Shown here: positions 35,477 through 42,650 of the stretch, in pieces | Layout: each line of letters begins with the position of its first letter | Position numbering within the stretch: the first letter of the stretch is position 1 | DNA from: Octopus bimaculoides | Taxonomy: Eukaryota | Length of the DNA stretch: 42,650 nucleotides | Reading direction: 5' to 3' | Assembly (NCBI RefSeq): GCF_001194135.2 | Contig: NC_068988.1 | Coordinates: 13,745,307 to 13,787,956 of the forward strand | Notes under the pieces: model-generated | Databases searched by the model: none | Seen by the model: the letters and a program-made list of their open reading frames with translations, nothing else | Told to the model about the DNA's origin: nothing | Made by a program: the position numbers and the translations under genes

Positions 35477-36160
35477 GTAAGTAATATGCACTATGTCAGA
35501 GGTTTAGCATCTACGTTTTTAGTTCTTTGCTGATTGTAAAAGATCAAAGAACTCTAGAAATATTATGTCCTGCTTTTAGACTTTAACTGGAATATATGTG
35601 TATGTACATGTATATTTATTTGTATGTATGTTGAACTAAGGTTAGGACTCAATATTAAAAGCAGGGATATAATTATTGTAAAATTCTTGTTGACTGGAAC
35701 TTTAAGTATTGTTTGACGATCTACAGGGTTGACTTATGCTGGTTGATTGAGTTGTGAGGCGAAACTTAAGATGCCATTCAGTATAAATTTTACAACATGC
35801 ATGTTTGTTTTTATGTTATAATAATAACAATTTTACATTAATCTGATGGGATACTCAATACTTTTGTAGAACACAAATTTATTATTCTTAAGCAAGAATG
35901 TTGTTGGCAGTGACTTTGAATTTTCAGCCAGCTAAGTCGTTGTTGGACTGTGACGATGTTTGTCTCACTCAGATGTTGTTTTTAACATAACAAGTCTGTG
36001 AAGAAATTTTAGTCTGAAAAAATTCCACAGCATCATGTTCCTATTGGATGTCTATACATTTAGTAGGATACAGACATCGCAATTTTGATTTAACCCTTTT
36101 TTTTTTGCCATATTTCTTTTGAAATATTCTGCCTTTATTTTGATTAATTTTGAAAATATA

Positions 36161-36520
36161 GGCGTAGGTGTGGCTGTGTGATAAGAAACTTGCTTCCCAA
36201 CCACATGGTTCCAGGTTCAGTCTCACTGCATGGCATCTTGGACAAGTGTCTTCTGCTGTAGCCTTTGGCTGACCAAAGCCTTATGAGTGGATTTGGTAGA
36301 TGGAACCTACTGTGTCTGTGTTTGTCCACCCACACTGGTGTTGGTATGTTTTCATCCATCTAACTTAGTGGTTAAGCCAAAGGGCCCGATAGAATAAGTA
36401 CTGGGTTTTTAAAAAAAACGTACAGGGTCTGATTCATTCATTTGATTAAAAATTCAAATTCAAGATGGTGCCACAGCATGACCACTGTCTAATGCGTCAA
36501 ACAAGTAAAAAATAAAAGAT
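36161..36520 (+). mobile_element. CORE-like SINE, intron 5
   Basis: gtggctgtgtgataagaaacttgcttcccaaccacatggttccaggttcag...ggtgccacagcatgacc. Confidence 0.8.
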
Positions 36521-36714
36521 ATGAAGAATTTAGTAAAAGAACTGTGTCATTAGTAAGTTGGTGTTTGGAACATGAATTTACAGGGAATTTTGATGGAAGC
36601 TTTTAATTTCAAAACATGAAGGACCAAGATGCCTGGCAACCATGCTGTACTCAACACTTCTGCTGTGGAGTACAGGTCTCCTTAAGACTGGTCCCTCTAG
36701 TGGTGTAGAGCACT

Positions 36715-36812
36715 TGTAGTGGTGCTATGTAAAAGCGCCCATGCAGTGCTACGTAAAAGTGCCTGTGTGGTGCCATGTAAAAGTGCCTGTGTGGAGCCAC
36801 ATAAAAGCATGG
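36715..36812. repeat. ~22-24-bp minisatellite (gtggtgccatgtaaaagtgcct), ~4 units
   Basis: Four gtaaaag/ataaaag-centred units; related to the gtggcacataaaag segment of the RTE-tailed elements. Confidence 0.7.
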
Positions 36813-36876
36813 AAAAAGAACATTATATGATAATGACGTTTCCTCTCTTTATAATTTGTTATTTGTGATATTTCAG

Positions 36877-37009
36877 ATGTTCACCTCAACATGGAAGATA
36901 AGATGCGGCGATTTCTTGGGTCAGAATCAGCAATTCTTTATTCCTATGGTTTTGCTACTGTTGCAAGTGCTATCCCTGCATATTCAAAACGTGGTGATGT
37001 CATATTTTG
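36877..37009 (+). CDS. SPTLC1: SPTLC1 exon 6
   Basis: [44 protein letters not shown]; tttcag / GTATGT; 133 nt. Confidence 0.97.
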
Positions 37010-37196
37010 GTATGTTGGTATTTGATTATTTGAATTATAACCCTTTAAATTCTTTGATTTATCTTCCTATTACAACACTTAAGCCTGAAAGACAGAATCT
37101 GTTCTCTACCTGCTTGTGCCTAATTAATATATACAAGAAATCAAGATTTTGACTCGTTTATTATCATATTTCTACTGAAATACACTTCCTTTGCTT

Positions 37197-37560
37197 TGAA
37201 GCTTGCTTTCCAACCACATAGTTCTGCGTTCAGTCCCACTGCATGGCACCTTGGGCAAGTGTCTTTTACTATAGCCTTGAGCTGACCAAAGCCTTGTGAG
37301 TGGATTTGGTGGATGGAAACTGAAAGGAGCCTGTCGTATTATATATTTTTGCGTGTGTCTGAGTCTATGTTTGTCCTTCCCACCATTGCTTGACAACCGA
37401 TATTGGTGTGTTTCTGTCCCCCATAACTTAGTGGTTTAGCAAAAGCAACTGGTAGAATAAGTACTAGTCCTAAAAAGAATAAGCCCTGGGGTCGATTCAT
37501 TCCACTAAAAAACTCTTTAAGGTGGTGCTCCAGCATGGCCACAGTCAAATGAATAAAAAG
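37197..37560 (+). mobile_element. CORE-like SINE, intron 6
   Basis: gcttgctttccaaccacatag...ggcaccttgggcaagtgtc...ggtggtgctccagcatggccacagtc. Confidence 0.85.
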
Positions 37561-37998
37561 GTTTAAGAAAACGACTTTCTTATTATTAAGCTGGTCTTTG
37601 GAACATATTTTGACATGAAATTTTGATGGAAAGATTTAATTAAGTTTTTGGAATATAAATTAACATGCAATTTTGATAGAAAGTTTTAATTTAAATCACT
37701 CTAAAACAAGCAGTGGAGTGGGGACAAGCACAGTCACAAAGACATTCCCCCCACATAGATAAGGGCAGCTAGGCATCAAATATACTTGGTTAAGGGTGAA
37801 GAAATTGAACAAAAGAAAAGAATGGATCTAATCTTGACTACCACTTTAAATAGGAATTTGTAGCAGATTAACTTTACCTGTTAATTAGATGTTTGTACCT
37901 GTTGTGTTTGTTTAAACTTTGGTGCATGAAATTATTAATGAAATTTCTTTTAACACAAGGTTTTCTTCACTTTTCTTTTTGTTTGTTTGTTTTTCTAG

Positions 37999-38128
37999 TG
38001 ATGCAGGAGTTTGTTTCTCAATCCAAAAAGGTTTGTTAGCTTCCCGTAGTGTAATAAAATATTTCAGACATAATGATATGGACCATTTAACAGAATTATT
38101 GATTGAACAAGAAAAAGAAGAGCAAAGG
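37999..38128 (+). CDS. SPTLC1: SPTLC1 exon 7
   Basis: [43 protein letters not shown]; ttctag / GTATGT; 130 nt. Confidence 0.97.
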
Positions 38129-38679
38129 GTATGTATTATAACTAATCAAAATTTATCATTGATTTTGTTGCCATGGAATTGTCTCTCAGAAATTAAGCAT
38201 TTATCAGCAATTCCTTATTTTCTTTCATCATATTATCATGGTTTTAACTTCCACTTCTTCATACCTGCATGGGTTGGAGAGAATTTAGAGGCAGGTTGGA
38301 TGTTGTTCTTGTTGTTAACTCTCATTGTTTTCTAAGCAAGGTGATATTTCCCCATGGCCAGACATGTTTACACAGAATATTGGGAACGAATGATACTGCT
38401 TTTATGACAGTGACACTCATTTACAATTATCATGCAATATCGAAACAAAGAGACACAAACATGCACATACTCACATGCATATTTATAAATGCAAACACTC
38501 ATTAATTACTGGGACTGACACTGTATTTCGTTAAGCAAAAATAATATACTACCAAGTATATCAAAGGCTTATAAGTCATTACTGTGCCTCACCTGTGTTA
38601 ACAGTGTTATTAAATCACTTTTTAAAGTCATCTCTATTGAAAATCTATAAACCTGAAAAACAACACATATATACAACAG

Positions 38680-38872
38680 GCTTCTTTCAGTTTTCATCTG
38701 CCAAATCCACTCACAAGGCTTATGTTAGCTTGGGGCTATCCTAAAAACCACTTGCCCAAGCTATCCTAAAAGACACTTGGGGCTATTCTAAAAGCCACTT
38801 GCCATGGGACCAAAACTGAAACCATGTGATTGGAAAGCAGCATTCTTAACCATGCAGCCATGCCTACACCTC
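38680..38872 (-). mobile_element. CORE-like SINE fragment, intron 7, with an internally triplicated segment
   Basis: ggcttctttcagttttcatctgccaaatccactcacaaggct; three gctat(c/t)ctaaaa..cacttg units. Confidence 0.75.
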
Positions 38873-38995
38873 ATTCTGAATGGAATCGTTTTTCATTTAT
38901 GTTGACAAATGTAATCTAGTAATACAAAAGTTATATGCTTAATGTGTCATAAATGTTTCTTTATTTTAAAAAGAAAAAGTGAAAAATAAAATCCT

Positions 38996-39050
38996 ATTTT
39001 GCAAAGTTCATTTTGCAAAGTTCATTTGGCAAAGTTCATTTGGCAAATAA
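38996..39050. repeat. 14-bp tandem repeat att(t/g)gcaaagttc x3.5
   Basis: Direct inspection. Confidence 0.85.
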
Positions 39051-39182
39051 AACCTTAACTTTGTTAAATTGCTAATGATGTATTAATCCTTATACTCATC
39101 AGTTATATATGTATGTTTTATAACTACATCTGGAATACTTTGATGTTGGTGTGAATTATGATTTTATTGATTGAAAATTTTA

Positions 39183-39345
39183 CTGTATTTACTCATGTGG
39201 ATGTACCATTTTATTCTTGATTTTTAACCGGAAAAATTGGGGTACGACTTAAACCTGAGGCAAAGTTATAAGTATGACAGGAAAAAATTTTGTACCAAGA
39301 TTTAACCCTAAATCAGGGGTGCAACTTATATGCAATTAAATACTG
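39183..39345. mobile_element. pogo/Tigger-like MITE, SPTLC1 intron 7, opposite orientation to 31211
   Basis: TA|ctgtatttactcatgt...gtgcaacttatatgcaattaaatactg|TA; internal tttgtacca...aacccta vs tagtg...tggtacaaa. Confidence 0.6.
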
Positions 39346-39410
39346 TATTTTGATTATCTATAAAATTTCTAAACAAATTTTCTTAAGTATTTCTCCTTTC
39401 TCCTTTGTAG

Positions 39411-39608
39411 AATCCTAAAAAGGCCAGAATTACCCGTAAGTTTGTGGTAGTTGAAGCTGTCTATGTAAACCATGGGGACATTTGTCCGCTTCCTGAAATC
39501 ATTGAACTCAAGTATAAATATAAAGTTCGAGTATTCCTTGAAGAGAGTTTAAGTATTGGAATTCTTGGCAAAACTGGTCGAGGTTTATCTGAATATTATG
39601 ATGTATCA
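39411..39608 (+). CDS. SPTLC1: SPTLC1 exon 8
   Basis: [66 protein letters not shown]; ttgtag / GTAAGT; 198 nt. Confidence 0.97.
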
Positions 39609-40099
39609 GTAAGTTGATAGTTTTTTTTTCTTCTCTTAATTTATATACTTCCAAATTTCTTTTCCTCTCCATCATCATTGTTTTAATGTCTACTTTCCCT
39701 TGCTGGCATGAGTTGGATGGCATTTGTTGAGGCAGGTTTTCTATGGCTGGATGCTTTTCCTGTCACCAAGCCTCACTTGTTTCCAAGTAAGGCGATATTT
39801 CTCCCCATCTGGACATATTTTCATGGAAGGTTGGAAATGAAGGACTCTGCTTATATGACAGTGATGCTTATTTACAACTGTCATGTAATGCAATGTGAAG
39901 GAGACATGTACACTGGCACATACCCACCTGCAGCATCATTTAACATACTTGTTTCATGCTGGCATTAGTTGGATGGTTTGATAGGATCTGATGGGTTCCA
40001 GGATGGCATCATACTTTCTGTGTATTTTGGCATGGTTTCTATGGTTGGATGCCCTTCCAAATGCCAACCACTTTACAGCGTGTATTGGGTATACAATGG

Positions 40100-40255
40100 G
40101 CTCCTTTCAGTTTATGTCTACCAACTTCACTCATAAGGCTTTGGTCGGCCAGGAGCTTTAGTAGAAGATAATCACCTGAGGTGCCATGCAGTTTGATTGA
40201 ACCTGAAACCATGTGGTTAGGAAGTACACTTAACCATACAGATACACCTGCACCT
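40100..40255 (-). mobile_element. CORE-like SINE fragment, intron 8
   Basis: ggctcctttcagtttatgtctacc...aaggctttggtcggcc...aaaccatgtggtt. Confidence 0.7.
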
Positions 40256-40927
40256 ATGTAATAGTTAATTATTCGTGACTTCTAACCATAATCTTAACTT
40301 AGAAGAACCTTCTTATGTCTTTTCAGCAGTTTTGTTAGTAAGTGATCGTACTTCTGATCAACTATTATTTAGATTTTGAGTTTATTTTTTGTACTATGTT
40401 ATTATCAGAACTGTTGTTTTGTGCTATTATTTACAATGATTTAATTAGCTGATATATTGCCTGTCTTCAGGTCGTTAGCTATTTATTTCCTGAGATGAAT
40501 CTATTACTTTCATCATCATTTAGCGTCTGTTTTCCATGTTGGCATGGGTTAGATGGTTCAGCTGGAACTGGTAAGCTGTATGCGGCTCCAATCTGTTTTG
40601 GCTAGGTTTCTATGGTTGGATAGCCTTCCTAATGCCAATTACTCCTCAGAGTGTACTGGGTATCTTTTACATGTTACTGGCATCGGTGCCTTTTACGCAT
40701 CCCCAGCACTGGCCATGACTGCGATTTCATTTGGCTTAAGGTCTTGATTACTTATCACCAACTCTGTGATGGTGATAAGAATCGTGTGGTTGGGAAGCAA
40801 ACCTCTTAACCACAGTGCAACACCTGCACCATCATTCGGTCTATATTCCTTATTTTAATATCTTTACTTTGAACCAATTTTAACTTGTTAATATGAATGT
40901 TAGATTATTGAAATTGTTTATTTGTAG

Positions 40928-41023
40928 ATAGATGATATTGACTTCCTGGTTGCTACCTTGGAAAATTCTTTTGCCAGCACTGGTGGGTTTTGTGCAGGTA
41001 AAAAGTACATAGTTGATCATCAG
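40928..41023 (+). CDS. SPTLC1: SPTLC1 exon 9 (gene continues beyond window)
   Basis: IDDIDFLVATLENSFASTGGFCAGKKYIVDHQ. ATLENSF has Asn where LCB2/AONS enzymes carry the PLP lysine, which identifies the non-catalytic LCB1 subunit. ttgtag / GTAAGA; 96 nt. Confidence 0.97.
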
Positions 41024-41130
41024 GTAAGAGATCTAGTTATTGTTCATCTAATTTTATACTGATTAAGATGTGTGTAATTGTATGGAAGAGATGAATGCAA
41101 GAGAATTCCTTATGGCTTTTGTTGTTGAGA

Positions 41131-41580
41131 TCATCATCATCATTTAACGTCCGCTTTCCATACTAGCATGGGTTGGACGATTTGACTGAGGATTGGTGAA
41201 CCAGGAGGCGACACCAGGCTCCAATCTGATTTGGCAGAGTTTCTACAGCTGGATGCCCTTCCTAACACCAACCACTCTGAGAGTGTAGTGGATGCTTTTA
41301 CATGCCACCGGCACGAGGGCCAGTCAGGCGGTACTGGCAACGGCCACACTCGAAATGGTGTATTTTACGTGCCACCTGCACAGGAGCCAGTCCAGCAGCA
41401 CTGGCAACGATCTCGCTCGAATGTCCCTTCACGTGCCAGGGAGGCAACGTTGGTAACGGTCAACGGCCACGCTCGAAATGGTGTATTTTACGTGTCATTT
41501 GCATAGGGACCAGTCTATCGGCACTGGCAACGATCTCATTCGAATGTCTTTTCACGTGCCACTGGCACAAGTGCCAGAGG
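41131..41580 (-). mobile_element. RTE-tailed element, antisense, with alternating A/B tandem units, SPTLC1 intron 9
   Basis: (atc)n-tttaacgtccgctttccatactagcatgggttgg... is the reverse complement of the tail above. Confidence 0.85.
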
Positions 41581-42308
41581 AATAAAAAGTGTTTAGGACC
41601 AAGAATTTAAAAAGAAAATCAGAATTTGATTGAATGAAAGTTATTAAGTTTTACTCTATTTTTCCAAGTGAGACAATATATATTTAAAAACTGTTTGAAG
41701 ATGTTATTTGGGTTTGTTAAGGAGACAACTTGGGGCCTTCGATTGAAACTTATTTTCCCCATATGTTGTTCATATATCACTGATTCATTTAACAATTTTC
41801 TTTTTAAACTAAACACCCGTGATAAATGAGGATAGATGTATATCATTTCTTATTAAGCACTGGGAACACTGAGAGTTCTCTACAACAGAAAATGGTCTTG
41901 GGGAGATAATTTAACCTGCATTCAAAACATGTAAATAAGAGTTATCCTTCCTTGATCCATAATTGTTTCAACAACAAAAATGTTCACCAAATACATTAGA
42001 AAATAAAAGGAAAATATGTGTACACACGCAAACTCACACTCACGTTGTAACCAATAAAGAAATTGTTCATCAATTATGTTAGAAAATGAACAAAATATAT
42101 GTGCATACACACACACACATATATGCGTACATTTATTTATGCATACATGCATGCCTATATATATTTTTTCTTTTCATCTAGCGTTTGAATGGCCATGGTT
42201 ACTGTTTCTCTGCTTCCCAACCACCTTTATGTGTATCAGCTGCCAGTAAAGCTTTTGATATGATTGATCAAGACAACTGTAAGTAGATATTTTATTTTGA
42301 GTTTGATA

Positions 42309-42650
42309 ATTAGGGAGCGAATCAATTTAGATGAGATGCAGTTTGGGTTCGTGCCAGGTAAAAGCACTACTGATGCCTTATTTCTAGTGAGACAGTTGCA
42401 GGAGAAATACCTAGCTAAGGATAAACCTCTGTACCTGGCTTTCGTTGACATGGAGAAAGCCTTTGACAGGGTCCCCCGATCCCTTATCTGGTGGTCAATG
42501 AGGAAACTTGGGATAGAAGAATGGTTAGTGAGAGCTGTGCGAGCCATGTACAGAGATGCTGCCAGTAAGGTGAGGGTTGGAAATGAGTACAGCAATGAAT
42601 TCCGGGTAGAGGTAGGGGTCCACCAAGGTTCCGTCCTCAGCCCCCTCTTA
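42309..42650 (+). mobile_element. 5'-truncated RTE-clade LINE, reverse transcriptase fragment (runs off window)
   Basis: 114 uninterrupted codons: IRERINLDEMQFGFVPGKSTTDALFLVRQLQEKYLAKDKPLYLAFVDMEKAFDRVPR...VGVHQGSVLSPLL (QxGF, FVDxEKAFD and QGSxLSP motifs). Confidence 0.93.

Noticed and set aside
42236-42595. 119-aa minus-strand ORF
   Set aside because: Antisense shadow of the RTE reverse transcriptase.

Overview
AT-rich, microsatellite- and transposon-dense eukaryotic DNA. The repeat families match what I recall of octopus (coleoid cephalopod) SINE/RTE sequences; the species assignment is inference. Two conserved housekeeping genes lie head-to-head, with start codons about 23 kb apart. On the minus strand are the first two coding exons of CDKAL1 (tRNA ms2t6A methylthiotransferase; CDS 2151-1980 and 514-413, continuing off the left edge). 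On the plus strand are nine coding exons of SPTLC1/LCB1 (serine palmitoyltransferase subunit 1; 25162-41023). These splice into 990 nt / 330 codons without a stop, and the gene continues off the right edge. The rest is introns and intergenic DNA containing at least four SINE-like families, LINE remnants, an uninterrupted RTE reverse-transcriptase fragment at the right edge and a decayed DD37D (maT-type) mariner transposase. There are also MITEs of hAT, piggyBac, Tc1/mariner, pogo and Helentron type, microsatellites and a 539-nt assembly gap. Nearly all ORFs in the supplied track are spurious. No CRISPR array, rRNA or true tRNA gene was found. I see no clearly new biological system. The best leads are: variable hairpin-bearing ~62-bp tandem arrays inside RTE-tailed elements; a palindromic two-way splice donor at 5069-5081; duplicated candidate first exons near 10.5-10.9 kb; a palindromic CTCF-like site between the genes; a perfect ER6 element upstream of SPTLC1; and inverted SINE pairs around SPTLC1 exons. 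Repeat boundaries are approximate unless TSDs are quoted.
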